Assembly: GCF_018350175.1 (NCBI RefSeq)
Contig: NC_058368.1
Coordinates: 36,706,001 to 36,770,000, forward strand
DNA length: 64,000 nucleotides
Reading direction: 5' to 3'
Source of the DNA: Felis catus
Lineage: Eukaryota
The position numbers and the translations under genes were made by a program. Under the pieces are notes generated by a model. The model saw only the letters and a list, made by a program, of their open reading frames with translations, searched no databases and was not told the origin of the DNA. Positions 1-12,230 of the stretch are shown here, one piece after another (the first letter of the stretch is position 1; every line of letters begins with the position of its first letter).

Positions 1-112
1 TGCAACTTTCCTAGCTAGCCTTCCTAAGCATAGAAGCCAATTGCTTGCCATCAATCTCTTAATATATATCTCCTACTGGTTCTATTTCTCTGGTTTAACC
101 CTGACTGATATA
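1..112 (+). mobile_element. 3' end of an ERV-L class (MLT2-like) LTR, truncated by the window edge
   Basis: Ends in tctcctactggttctatttctctggtttaaccctgactgatata, close to the MLT2/ERVL LTR terminus (tcctattggttctgtttctctggagaaccctgactaataca). Confidence 0.75.
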
Positions 113-3100
113 GCAACTGATGTAATGAATGCTTTTTCATTGTATGTTTTTTTTTTCAACATTTATTTATTTTTGGGACAGAGAGAGACAGAGCATGAAC
201 GGGGGAGGGGCAGAGAGAGAGGGAGACACAGAATCTGAAACAGGCTCCAGGCTCTGAGCCATCAGCCCAGAGCCCGACGCGGGGCTCGAACTCACGGACC
301 GCGAGATCGTGACCTGGCTGAAGTCGGACGCTTAACCGACTGCGCCACCCAGGCGCCCCTCATTGTATGTTTTAATAAATATTATCAGAAGCAGTTTGCT
401 TTCAATACACGAAGTCATCAATACTCCTTCAGTGTACTACCTCTGGATTAAAAATCTCCAATTTTCTGGTATAATCTTGTCCATGGGGACCTTGATTTCT
501 TTGTTATTCCATAAGACACCATGCTGCTCCACTAATTTGATGATATCATGCTAATTGGACTAGTGAGCAAAAAGTAGCAACACCTCTAGACATCTTGGTA
601 AAACACACGCAAAACAGGGTAGGAAATAACTGCCCCCAAATTTAGACGGCCTTCTACTTTGTGAGAGTTCTAGGCATCTCATGGTACGTTGACATATCCC
701 TTCTAAATTGAAGGGTAAGTTGCTGCTTGTAACCCCTTCCTACAACAATGATAGTGGCATAGCACCGAATGCATCCCTTTGGATTTTTGAAGGCAACATA
801 CACTCATTTGGGCCTGATGCTCAGACCCATTGATCAAATAACTTGAAGAGCTGTCAGTTTTGAGGAGCTTCAGACAAGAGAAACTCGGCAGCTGGTTGAA
901 AGTGCCAAACTGCTCTGCCACTTAGGCTCTATGACCCAGTAGGTCCCTTTGATGGTACATGAAGTGAATGTGGCAGAGAGGGATGTTTTGTGGAGCCTTT
1001 GACGGGACACCATAGGTGACCGACAAAACAGACCTTTCGAATTTTAGATGAAAGCAATGCCACCTTCTGCAGATAACTATTCTTCTTTTGAGAAACAACT
1101 TCTGGCTTCCTGCCGGGCTCTACACTTGAAAATGGACCACGAAGTAACCATCATAAACTGCTTGTTACCTGACTCAATAAGATATAATGTTTAGCAGCAT
1201 TCCATCATCAAGTATAGGTGATATATGTGAGATCAGGCTCGAGCATATCTTGAAGGCTCAAGAAAGTTGCATGGGTGAGTGGCCCAGTTGCCCATGGTCT
1301 TCACTCCTGACACATTGCTGCATCCCCCTCATGGGAAGCTCCCCATTAACTGATGACTGAGGAAGAAAAATCAAGGCCTAATTTACAGATGGTTCTGCAC
1401 AGTATGATGGTATCATGTGGGAGTAGACAGTAACAGCACTCAAAATCCTCTCTGGGATGTCTTTGAAGAATAGTGGTGAAGGGAATCCCCCCCACCCCCA
1501 CCACCAAGGCAGAATTTTGAGTACAACCCCTGTCTTTTTTTCCTTTTTCTTGGGAGATGAGATGGTCAGAGGTAGGTATTGATCTACATTATTTTAGGCA
1601 AGTGGCTAACAATTTGGCTTGGTGGTCAGAGGCTTGGAAGGAACATGATTAGAAAGTAGGTAGCTAGGAGATCTGGGAAGAGATTTGTGGAAATACTCTC
1701 TCCAAAACAGTACAAGGAGTTTTATGTTCCATATGAGTGCTCATTAAAAAAAAACCTGAGTAGAGAAGGATTTTATTTGTCAGGTGGAAAAATGGCCTGT
1801 TTTGTGGATGTTAGACCATTTTCCCAGACACCCCCATTCTTTCTCATGAGCTCATGAACAAATGGCTATGGTGGCTGGGATGGAGGTTATGCATGGGCTC
1901 AGCAACATGGACTTCTACTTACTAAGACTTATTTTTCTACAGCCACTGCTAAATGTCCAATATGCCAACAGAAAACATCAACCCTGAGCCACTGATTTGT
2001 CACCAGTTTCTTGGGGGAACCAGGCAGCCACTTGGTGACAGGTTGATTATACTGGACCACATCCATCTTGGAAAAGACAGCATTTTGTTCTCATTGAAAT
2101 AGACACCCTGCATGTGGATTTGCCTTCTCTGCTTATAATGCATCTGACAAATCTACCATCCATGGATTTGCAGAATGCCTTATTCATGTCATGATATTCT
2201 ACAAACCATTGCTTCTGACAAAGCAACTCATTTTAAAGGAAATGGGCTTGTGCTCATGGAATTCGCTGGTCTTACCACCATCTCTCTCACCCTATAGGAG
2301 CTTATATGATGGGTTGGTGAAATGTCCTTTTGAAGACTCAATTATACCACTCTGAGGGTAATAAAACTTTGTGAGTATGGGGTTATGTTCTCCAGAATAT
2401 GGAGTATTCTCTGAATTACTGACCTACATATAGTGCTGCTTCTCTTATTTAACATTAAAAGAAAGTTTGTTCATCAGCAGTCACCTGGCAACTTAGTGTT
2501 TCTCACACTAGTGAAACAATAGGCAATAAATGAATACATACATACATAAAGAGAAAAAAAAAAGAAAGAAAAGAAAAAAAGAAAAAAAGAAGTGGTTACT
2601 ATATTGGGGTAATTTATACCATCCAGAAAATAACTATTACACAATTGGCCAGAGAAGTGTACATATGGAATGCTGAAGATTCACAGGGCCACCTTTTAGT
2701 ACTCCCATGTTCTGTGATAGAAACCATGAGAAACTGCCCCAAACTGACAGAGCCTCTTGAAATAAAAGTCTCTGTCACTCCACAGGCAAGGAACCATGAC
2801 CAGCAGGCATTCTTGGGGAGGACAAAATCAACATAGAATAGGTAGTAGAAGGACAGCAAATACCAGTATAACTATGGGACCAGTTATAGAATTTGTAGAG
2901 GTATGTGTTTTTCTTACTTGTTTTTATATAAATATATTTGTATATGCAATTAACCAATGAAAACATTTCTTTTTCCCTCTTCCCTTCTCTTTCTTGGTGA
3001 CAGGTTGATTACTGCAACAACTTCTTCTTCCACTAACTAATATACGGTTAATAGTGGTTAATTTTATATCTCAGGATTTAAGTTATAAGATATCAAAGTG

Positions 3101-3305
3101 AGCATGTGACTCAGGTAGAAGAGGAATAAATTTACCTAGAGATGGATTAAATATATGTATTCTCTTTTAGAGAGAGGGTTAGCAGTTTTTGATCGTGTGA
3201 CATTTGCATTATATTAAGTAGAAACATATTTTTGCCTTTGCCATCTTTATCTGAAAGTTAAGTATGCCTGAAAGAGTTGTATGTGGATGCTAAGTTGAAA
3301 GGGCT
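113..3305 (+). pseudogene. pol: Decayed ERV-L internal region: pol (RT, RNase H, integrase) plus dUTPase relic
   Basis: Manual translation gives ERV-L motifs with stops and frameshifts: ATDVMNAF then QKQFAF (RT), LLH*FDDIMLIG at 524-559 (YIDD motif), FTDGSA at 1382-1399 (RNase H), CPICQQ at 1954-1971 (HHCC), W*QVDYTGP at 2033-2059 and IASDKATHF at 2208-2234 (integrase core), and EVYIWN...GHLLVLPCSVI in ORF 2645-2836 (dUTPase after IN, the ERV-L order). Confidence 0.93.
151..359 (-). mobile_element. Young SINEC_Fc (Can-SINE) inserted in ERV-L RT
   Basis: Full tRNA-derived head, (CT)n and A tail on the minus strand; TSD tcattgtatgtttt at 137-150 and 360-373. Confidence 0.97.
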
Positions 3306-3309
3306 GAAA

Positions 3310-4128
3310 AGTCCTGGATTGTGCTATTGTCAATTTAGGAACTACGTTTTCTAGAATCCCTTGAATGGCTAGATTAGAAGTGCCCCAAAGGGCAACTTGC
3401 ACAAGATTTAGGAGGTAGAAGTGAATCAGTGGTCATTGCTTTTGGAAGGTTGTAGTGCTCAGATACTGTGACCATCGGATGTGAAGGTGTCTAGTGGGTC
3501 TCAGCTGGTCTTCACTCTGTTCCATGTCTAGCTCATCTTCCTAACTGTTGGCCTTGCTGACCACCAGTGGCCCCAGGCCAACCACCAGATGCTTGGATGT
3601 GAACCCACACAGGTGGTAGCTGCACAGAAACAACAACTTCCATAGATCCCTCCGTGAGCTCCTCCTTTGTGGTCCTAATTTGGCAGCTAGAAATGTTGGA
3701 TTTTTGGATTTTTCCACAAGCTCCAAACTACCAACCCACACTACCTAGGCAGGCTGACTAGTAACTCTTGCTCTGACCCTACAAATTTTACTTCCTCAGC
3801 ATCTCTTACAGAAGCATAAATTCTAATTTCCATAATATATTTCTTTTAAACATTTTTTTATTTACTTATTTTGAGAGAAAGAGAGAGAGAGAGCACCAGT
3901 GGGGGAGGGACAGAAAGAGAAAGGAAGAGAGAATCCCAAGCAAGCTCTGCTGACAGCACAGAGCTTGACATGGGGCTTGATCCCACAAACTGTGAGATCA
4001 TGACCTGAGCCTAAATCAAGAGCTGATGCCTAACCAACTGAGCCACACAGGCGCCCCTCTATAATACATTTCTTCTTCCCATATTAGTCATCATGTCTCT
4101 TCTTGAGTGACTGATTTCTGAATGATTA
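3310..4128 (+). mobile_element. 3' LTR of the ERV-L element (subfamily uncertain), interrupted by a SINE
   Basis: Follows a purine-tract-like gctaagttgaaaggg; contains ERVL-LTR-like ggaactacgttttctagaatccc and a degenerate LTR 3' end near 4100-4128. Confidence 0.55.
3846..4057 (-). mobile_element. Older SINEC_Fc
   Basis: Diverged Can-SINE body; imperfect TSD ataatatatttctt / ataatacatttctt. Confidence 0.93.
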
Positions 4129-4466
4129 TCTTCCTCAAGGACATTGATATTACAATTGTCTCCTCTCTCTTCTGCATCATAAATGATCTCCTCTTGAGTA
4201 GATCACTCCCACAGGTGAACAAATATAGTTTTATTCCATTTCAACAACAAACAATTACCCTTAATGCTACATCCCTTTTCAGCCACCACCATATTTATTT
4301 GCTTCCAGTTATAGCAAAGTTCTTTAAGACATTTATCTATCATCAATGTGTCCAACTCCTATCCTTTGTTTTCTCTTCTGAAATTCATTTCAATCGGGTT
4401 TCCCCCAGCACTTTCAACTGAAATTGATTTCTCAAGTTCCCCAGCGGCTCTCCCAATGCTAATTTC

Positions 4467-4695
4467 CGGTTGTTTTTTTTTTTTAATGTTTATTTATTTT
4501 GAAAGAGAGAAAGAGATAGAGAGTGAGCAAGATGAACAGGGGAGGGGCAGAGAGAGAGGGAGACACAGAATCCAAAGCAGGCTCCAGCCCGTGAGCTGTC
4601 AGCACAGAGCCTGACACGGGGCTCGAACACATGAACTGTGAGACCATGACCTGAGCCAAAGTCAGACACCAACCAACTGAGCCACCAGGCGCCCC
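4467..4695 (-). mobile_element. SINEC_Fc
   Basis: Can-SINE; TSD ctcccaa(t/c)gctaatttc at 4450-4466 and 4695-4711. Confidence 0.95.
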
Positions 4696-5764
4696 TCCCA
4701 ACGCTAATTTCAACAGGCCATTCTAATCCCTCACATCGCTTCACCTGTCAATTGATCATTTTTTCCTTCTTGCAACCCTTTCTTCACTTGGCCAAGGTCT
4801 CTGTCTCTGTCTCTGTCTTTCTCTTTCTGTAGAACAGATTGTTTCTTTTCAATCTCTTCTTCTGTTTATTCCTTACTTTTCCAAACTTTATTGGTGGAGT
4901 GTCCCAGAGGTCGATTGTTGAACTTTTTTCTTCTTTTTTTACTCTCACCTCTTAGGTGAGTACATTTACTCCCATGGCCTTATTTAATTTCCTGTGTGCT
5001 GATGATGCCAAAATTTAAACAGGTCTCAATCCTGGTCTTCAGGATTCTATCTTCATTTGGATGTCTACCAAGAACTTAATAGGTCCAAAACCAAATTCCT
5101 AACCTTCTTAACCATCCCCAGTTCTGTTCCTTCCACAGCTTTCCCTCTTCAGTAAATGACCACTTCAGACTTTCAGATGCTTAGACAAAAAACCTGGAGC
5201 CATCTTGACTTCTCTGTTTCACAGCCCAGCTTAGAGGCATCAGCAAATCCTGCCAGCTCTCCCTTCAAAATACATCTAGAATCCAATCTCTTCTCACCAC
5301 TGCTGCCACGGTGGTCTAAAGTGCCATCATATCTTGCCCGAATAATTGCCATCAACTCATAATTATTCTTCCTGGTTCTGCCTTTTCTCTCCTCCTGATC
5401 TATTCTCAGGGTAGCAGTTAGAGCCTGTTAACATGAAAGAATCATCACGCCATTCTGCTGTGGAGTTTTCAGTGGCTTCTCATCTCATTTAGAGTAAGAT
5501 CTCAAATCCTTACAAAATCCTTTAATTACTGGAACAATCTACTTTTATCTTCTTCTCTGTCCTAAAATCTCTGGCTCATTCCATTCTAGTAACACTGGAC
5601 TTTGTGACATTTTTGAACACGTTAACATACTTTTGCCTCAGAGACTTCATACTTAGGTCCTTCTTGGAATGCTATTTCCCAGGTATCAACAGTGCTTGGG
5701 TTTCTGTGCAAATGTCCCTTAATCAATGAGGCCTTTCATAATCACTTTATTTAATGACCAACTT

Positions 5765-5997
5765 ATTTATTTATTTATTTGTTTTTTTTTTTTTAACGTT
5801 TATTTATTTTTGAGACAGAGAGAGACAGAGCATGAACAGGGGAGGGGCAGAGAGAGAGGGAGACACAGAATCTGAAACAGGCTCTAGGCTCTGAGCTGTC
5901 AGCACAGAGCCCGATGCAGGGCTGGAACTCACAGACCGTGAGATCATGACCTGAGCCGAAGTCGGACGCTTAACCGACCGAGCCACCCAGGCGCCCC
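5765..5997 (-). mobile_element. SINEC_Fc (younger, nested in the tail of the next SINE)
   Basis: Near-consensus Can-SINE ending gcgcccc at 5997. Confidence 0.95.
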
Positions 5998-6199
5998 TAT
6001 TTCTGTTTATTTTTGAAAGACAGAGCATGCGCTTGCACACCTGAGCAGAGGAGGGGCAGAGAGAGAGGGGAACAAAGGATCTGAAGTGGGCTCTGTGCTG
6101 ACAGCAGAGAGCCCAAAGAGAGGCTCAAATTCATGAACCATGAGATCATGACCAAGCCGAAGTCTGACACTTAATCAACTGAGCCACCCAGGGGCCCCC
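5998..6199 (-). mobile_element. Older SINEC_Fc
   Basis: Diverged Can-SINE; outer TSD aatgacca(a/c)ctt at 5753-5764 and 6200-6211. Confidence 0.9.
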
Positions 6200-6280
6200 A
6201 ATGACCACCTTTTTCAAAGAACAAGCTCATACTCTGTGCATTTCCTAACCCCTGTCTGACTGTATTTTTCCTCCATAGAA

Positions 6281-6387
6281 TGTGTGTGTGTGTGTGTGTG
6301 TGTATAAAATATCCAATATATACAAAGGAAATCATATACCCAATATTATCCAATATCCAATAATATATCCAATATTGTATCCATTAT
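6281..6387. repeat. (TG)n microsatellite followed by an ATATCCA-like low-complexity repeat
   Basis: TG run at 6281-6304, then repeated atccaata units. Confidence 0.8.
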
Positions 6388-6661
6388 TTTTAATCCTAGA
6401 ACATGGGAGTAGTAAAATGTGCATTCTGAAGATCTCCTGCATTCCACACATACTCTTCTCTGACCCAGTTGTGTAATATTTATTCTCTTGATAGTCCAGT
6501 ACAGAAACAACTTCCCCTCCTCTCCTTCTTTTTGCCTTTCAGTTCATTGGCAGTCAGATGATTTGTCTTTGTTTATAATTTGTTTTTCTTTTGGAATGTG
6601 AGTCCCCCCACCCCAGAACGTATGCAGCTCCCCTTTTCTCCCAAAGGACATAGTTTTTACA

Positions 6662-7465
6662 AAATAGACTTTATTTTGTAGAGCAGTTTTAGGTTCACAG
6701 CAACGTTGTGAGGGAGATCCAAAGATTTCCCGTATACCCCTTGCCCCCACACATGCAGAGCCTCCTCCATTATCAACATCCCCCACCAGAGTGGACATTT
6801 GTTATACATGATGAACCCATATCGACACATCATTATCATCCAAAATCCCTAGTTTACATTAGGCTTCACTCTTGGTGTTTTATGGTCTATAGGTTTTGAC
6901 AAATGTATGATGACATATAACGACCACTGTAGTATCATAGACAGTAGTGTCACTGCCCTAAAAATCCTGTGCACTCCATGTATTTGTCCCTCCTTCCCTC
7001 CAAACTCCTGGCAACCACTGGTCTTTTTACTGTCTCCATATTTTGGCTTTTTCAGAATGTTATATAATTGGAATTATACAGCATGTAGCCATTTCAGATT
7101 GGCCTTTTTCACTTATTAACATATATTTAAGGTTCTTCCATGTCTCTTCATAGCTTGATAGCTCATTTTTTTAAAACTATTTTTTTAATGTTTATTTTTG
7201 AGAGAGAGCGAGAGAGAGAGCACGCAAGTGGGGGAGGGGCAGGGAGAGGGAAACACAGAATCCGAAGCAGGCTCCAGGCTCTGAGCTGTCAGCACAGAGT
7301 CCAATGCAAGGCTCAAACTCACAAACCATGAGATTGTGACCGGAACCTAAATCAGATGCTTAACCGACGGAGCCACCCAGGTGCCCCAGTAGCTCATTTC
7401 TTTTTAGTGCTGAATAATATTACATTGTCTGGATATACCAGTTTATCATTTGCCCACTGAAGGAG
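6662..7465 (-). mobile_element. L1MC-type LINE-1 3' end, interrupted by a SINE
   Basis: aatagactttattttgtagagcagttttaggttcacagc and ccccaccagagtggacatttgtt match the reverse complement of the L1MC 3' UTR. Confidence 0.8.
7169..7387 (-). mobile_element. SINEC_Fc
   Basis: Can-SINE; TSD tagctcattt at 7159-7168 and 7390-7399. Confidence 0.93.
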
Positions 7466-8520
7466 AAGTGTTGTTCAGCCTAGTGATGCTAGCTCCTAAA
7501 ACACCACCCGGCGCATGGTAGGTGTTCAGTACATATTCCTTATCCTCATCATGCAATTATTCTCTCCGTGAATAGCATCACCTTCTGGTAGGTTGTCCAA
7601 TCTCAGAAGATAAATGTGTACCGAATTTCCAGGGATTTGAGATTCTCCCACCTGTTCTTTTACTTCCACCTCTTGACTGTCTCTTGAATTCATCCTTTCC
7701 TCTTCATCCCCAATGTCAATGATAAACTCACTCTTCATCAACTTCTCCCAAAATAGCACATTATCCTCTTGAATTTTCTTTCTGAATTTTATGCATAATC
7801 TGTGCTCCTAAAGCACATACCTTATTATGGTGATCTCTTGCTCAAAGTATCCAGCAGATTAAAGTTTAAGCTCATTTGCATATGTTCCCAATTTCTCAAG
7901 ATCTGATCCTTACAATGGGCGGAGACTTTTGTTCGGCTTCTCTTTTCCTAAACTTCCACCATCTACTCCATGGAGAACTCAAAGCAACTTGTGGCTGTTT
8001 TTGAAATAATCAATTTAATCCATTATCAATTCCATATTTAGGAAATGAATTCCACAGGAATCATGGAGGAAAATGGGGTGCTTTTGAAACCAGGGATTGA
8101 TGGTGTTGGCTTTGGTACTTCTGTGGATAGCAGCTGAATGGTTATTTCATTAGGTCATATGCTAGAACATAAAATCTCTATAAACTCATGGAAGCTTTGT
8201 GGTCGTACAGAACTGTGCACAGAAGGATTCTAGAGTCTGCAGAGGAATAGCAGCAAACATGTAGAAACTGGGCTAAACAGTCCTTTAAGGGTCTCTGCTT
8301 TAAAGTGTACGTATTGTTCACCTTCCATTTTTACAATACCCATTATCCTTATGTCAGATTTTTATTTTTGTTTGAGTGAAGCAGAAAAAAAAAGATTTTT
8401 GAAAAAAAGTATTTAAAATGGCAGGAGGGGAATTCCTTCTGTAAAAAGAAGAGTGAGTTTTTCAGATTCTGTGAGCACCCACTTTGCTTTGAATATTGTG
8501 CATATTCTCTCCCTCCCTTT

Positions 8521-8541
8521 CTCTCTCTCTCTCTCTCTCAC

Positions 8542-8581
<40 letters not shown>
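8521..8581. repeat. (CT)n(CA)n compound microsatellite
   Basis: Direct reading of the sequence. Confidence 0.95.
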
Positions 8582-8583
<2 letters not shown>

Positions 8584-9346
8584 ATGCACATGCACACACA
8601 TCTATCATTAAATCTAGGAAGGTGTGGGATAATGTTACGAACCACGTGTATGAGGTAATGCACAGTGAACGGAAGAATGTCAGTCTACCTTCTGAACAGA
8701 CAGGGAGTTTTTTTTTTTTAATAATAGTTGCAAAGACTAGTAACTAAAGGATCTGATGTAATGAGATACAGCTGGGCTTTGGGAAATTTCATCAACCATT
8801 TGATTTCAAGTGATTTCATTCTGTCCTTAACTCGCAGCATTGGGCTTTGATATTGAAATAGGAATAGAACATTGAATCGGATAGTTTTCCTTCTAGTACT
8901 TGCCATTTCAAAGAACTTTGCATTATTATTGCATCCCCAGGAAGCAGGTAGGATTAATATCCTTATAAAGTGCTTTGGTTTTCTATTGTTAGAGTATGAG
9001 AAATCCTAAAATGATAAATTACTTGGATGTTAGCATAGAGCAAATCCGGGCCAGAACAGTGTTTAACAGTCAGATTTATTAGTTTCCAGGATTATAGTCA
9101 CTCAACTGATCTATTTTCCTCTTCAGTTTCCTGGGGTATTACACTTTGGGTTCTGTCTGGTTGAAGTTAAAGTCTGCTGAGGCTATTTTACCCAGAGTGA
9201 GAAATTTCAAGTTCTAATCCCCATTGTAACTCTTTATAATAACACTAACATTTCTGGAATTCACTTCGTAATCTGTAAAATGAAATAATTAAAATTAATT
9301 TGACTAAAGTTAGGGGACTGTTTCAGGTGACTTCTCAACCTTAGGT

Positions 9347-9560
9347 TAAAAAAATTTTTTTTAATGTTTATTTTTTAGAGCAGAATGTGAGTGGGGGACA
9401 GGCAGAGAGAGAGAGAAGGGGGGGAGACACAAAATCCTAAGCAGGCTCCAGGCTCTGAGCTGTCAGCACAGCGTCCAACATAGGGCTCGAACTCACACAC
9501 AGTGAGACCATGACCCGAACTGAAGTCAGATGCTTCACTGACTGAGCCACCCAGCATCCC
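9347..9560 (-). mobile_element. SINEC_Fc
   Basis: Can-SINE; TSD aaccttagg on both sides. Confidence 0.93.
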
Positions 9561-10004
9561 TAACCTTAGGGTTTTTTAATCAATGTTGCTTATTCAGGTA
9601 GAAAAGAACATGCTCCAGATATGGCACCTCCCAGAGACGTGAAATTGACAAAGTGTTGATGTTCATATTCTTCTCAACAGCACCTTTTTTACTTAAATAG
9701 GCAAAGCAATGAATCCCTTTTACAAACAGGACACAAAGCCACTGAATGAATCCCCTATTCCTATATTCCTACTCCTCTGGTACCATAGCTCCTTAATTCC
9801 CTTCTTAATTCCTTCCTTCATGAAAATGCTGGGACACTATTCATTTTTTAGTTTATTAATAGTATTGCTCAAGCATTTAACTTTGTTATTTTTATGCTTT
9901 ACATACAAGACTATGTACCTAATTTTAGATTGGAACTATAAATTCCAAATGAAAACATCTTTATAGAGTTAATGACAACAAAACAATCATACTCACAATA
10001 TTAA

Positions 10005-10185
10005 CTAATTCATCAAACACTTAGTGCTGTAGGTGGAACTTATATCAGCTTATTTAATCCTCCTAACAGCTTTATGAGGTAGAATCCACAATAATCTCCT
10101 CTCCTTGGGCAAAGCAACAAAAGTATACTGATTTTAGTAACTTGCCTATAGTCACAAAACTAGTTATGGTCAGAGCTAGGATATG
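10005..10185 (-). mobile_element. MIR
   Basis: ttaatcctcctaacagctttatgaggtag and gtaacttgcctatagtcacaaaactagt match the reverse-complement MIR core. Confidence 0.7.
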
Positions 10186-10194
10186 AAAAACTTT

Positions 10195-10215
10195 TTAAAA
10201 CTTTTTAAAAAATAT

Positions 10216-10290
<75 letters not shown>

Positions 10291-10451
10291 CGCATGAGCA
10301 GAGGAGGGGGGGGAGGGAGAATGAATCTTAAACAGGCTCAATGCTCTCAGTACGGGGCCCAGCACAGGGCTCCATCCTGTGACTCTGGGATCATGACGTG
10401 AGCAGAAATCAAGAGTTGGATGCTCAACCAACTAAGCTACCCAGGCACTCC
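10195..10451 (-). mobile_element. Older SINEC_Fc with a (TTTA)n tail
   Basis: Can-SINE body with (GA)n and (TTTA)n. Confidence 0.9.
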
Positions 10452-10893
10452 TGGAAAACTGGTTTTAAAACCCAAGTTCTTGGTCACTATACTAAATTGT
10501 CAAGCTATACATCCTAAATACCACAAACATTCTAAGCCATGTTCATATGGACATATAACTTACACAAAGGAATAGAAATACAGGATGTAGGCATATGCTT
10601 TAGAAGCATATTTTATAAATGTGCAGAAGGAAATTATATTTAGGGCCAATGCATATCAAGGGTGGGATTTCCTATGGTTTGGGCTTCACAGTGAGAGTTG
10701 ATAAGAGTTTTATGTTCTTTCCTGATTGATTAAAGAAGGTTGAAATTCCAAGAATTGTACAGTCAGAATTTGCCCCATTTTCTTCAAGAGCCAACTGCTT
10801 TACATACATCAGATTCCAACTGAATAGAAAAGCAACATCTACTTTTGACAGCTGTCCTCTGTGAAAAGCAAAGTAGAATCAATCCAACTATAG

Positions 10894-10932
10894 CTTTTTT
10901 TTTTTTTTTTTTTTGGAGGAGAGAGGAGGAGG

Positions 10933-10988
<56 letters not shown>

Positions 10989-11114
10989 ATCTTAAGCAGG
11001 CTCCACATACAGCAGCATGGAGCCCAGTGTGGGGCTAGATCTCATGACTGAGATCATGACCTGAGCCGAAATCAAGAGTTGGACACTTAATTGACTGAGC
11101 CATGCAGGTACCCC
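10894..11114 (-). mobile_element. Older SINEC_Fc with a long (GA)n
   Basis: Can-SINE body; ccaactat repeated on both flanks. Confidence 0.9.
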
Positions 11115-11144
11115 AACTATTGTTCTTTAGGAATCATTTCCTTG

Positions 11145-11376
11145 GGAAAGCCTTCCAGGATTCTTCTAGTCTGAGGTAGATGTCCCTCCCATGGCCTCAT
11201 ATGCTGACTTCTGCTGGACTCAGAACACTGTTCAGCAATTGTCTGTGAGCTTGTCTGTTTCCTTAACTGGTCTAACAGACCTTTGAGAGCAGGAGTTGTG
11301 TCTTCATGTTTGCAGCCATCTGCTTTGCAGATGCTTTGTCCATAACAGGCATTTAATAAATGTTTATTAAAATGAA
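11145..11376 (+). mobile_element. L2 3' end
   Basis: ttgagagcaggagttgtgtctt...caggcatttaataaatgtttattaaaatgaa matches the L2 terminal motif. Confidence 0.65.
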
Positions 11377-11602
11377 ATAAAGGTGTGCTGAAATTCGTTT
11401 GGAAACTCCTGGAGTTCCAAGAACTCCTGTTATTTCTGTACTCTAGCCATGTCTAATTTTCAATGTTTCTATGGAGTATCTACTTTATGCAGGATAGTAT
11501 CTGTTATCTACCTAGCATATTTGTATATTGTAGATATTTAGTATGTGTTGTCAATTGAATTATATTGGAATAGGTTTTTCAAATGTATTGGAGAATTGGA
11601 AA

Positions 11603-11960
11603 TCAGTTATTTTAGGCTAGGCTATGTTGTAGTAACAAACATGCCTTTAAATGTTAGTGACTTATCACATAAAAATTTATTTCTCAGTCATGCATAATGC
11701 ACCACAGATCTGGTAATTCTACAGAGCAGCTCCTTTTCAAATGGTGACTCCAAGGTCCAAGCCTATAATATCCCGTAGCTCTGCCATCTAAAACAGGAGG
11801 CTTCCAAGTCCCCATAGTAGGAAAAGAGAGCCATGCACTGGTTCCCAAATACTTTGGTTTAGAACTGACACACCTTACTTCTGCTCACAGCCCTTTGGCC
11901 AAATCTAGTGATTTGCAAGAGGACAGGGAAATGTGGAAGAAAACAGCAGGAAATGACTCT
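11603..11960 (-). mobile_element. MaLR LTR (MLT1J/K-like)
   Basis: aggctaggctatgttgtagtaacaaac and tttatttctc...cacagccctttggcc match the reverse-complement MLT1 end. Confidence 0.7.
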
Positions 11961-12230
11961 GCCATACAGGGAGAAAGAGCAAAGTAGGATCCAATGATCA
12001 ATATTTACGTTTAGTTTTCCGTCTGATGTGTTCATTAAAAAAACGGGAATTCGTGACCTAAAGATCTTGAATACCTGCCCCCACCTCCCCGCCCTCTTTT
12101 TTTTTTTTTTTTCAGGAAGGCAAACAGGGTGCAGTTGGGTCCCACAGTGTGGGCTATGGAACTTAGGAGGTGTAGGGGGAGTAAGTGCAGGTCCCCATGG
12201 AAGGCCAATGTACTGGAGCAGGCTGATCAT

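Larger units (their letters stand above)
4130..6290 (+). mobile_element. L2 LINE ORF2/3' remnant, interrupted by SINEs
   Basis: RT relic motifs QSGF (4391-4402), GVSQRS for GVPQGS (4896-4913) and CADD for YADD (4995-5006), followed by typical pyrimidine-rich L2 3' sequence. Confidence 0.8.

Noticed and set aside
2645..2836. Open dUTPase-like ORF as a possible domesticated ERV gene
   Set aside because: Only a 63-aa fragment with a non-ATG start, surrounded by stops, frameshifts and an A-rich insertion.
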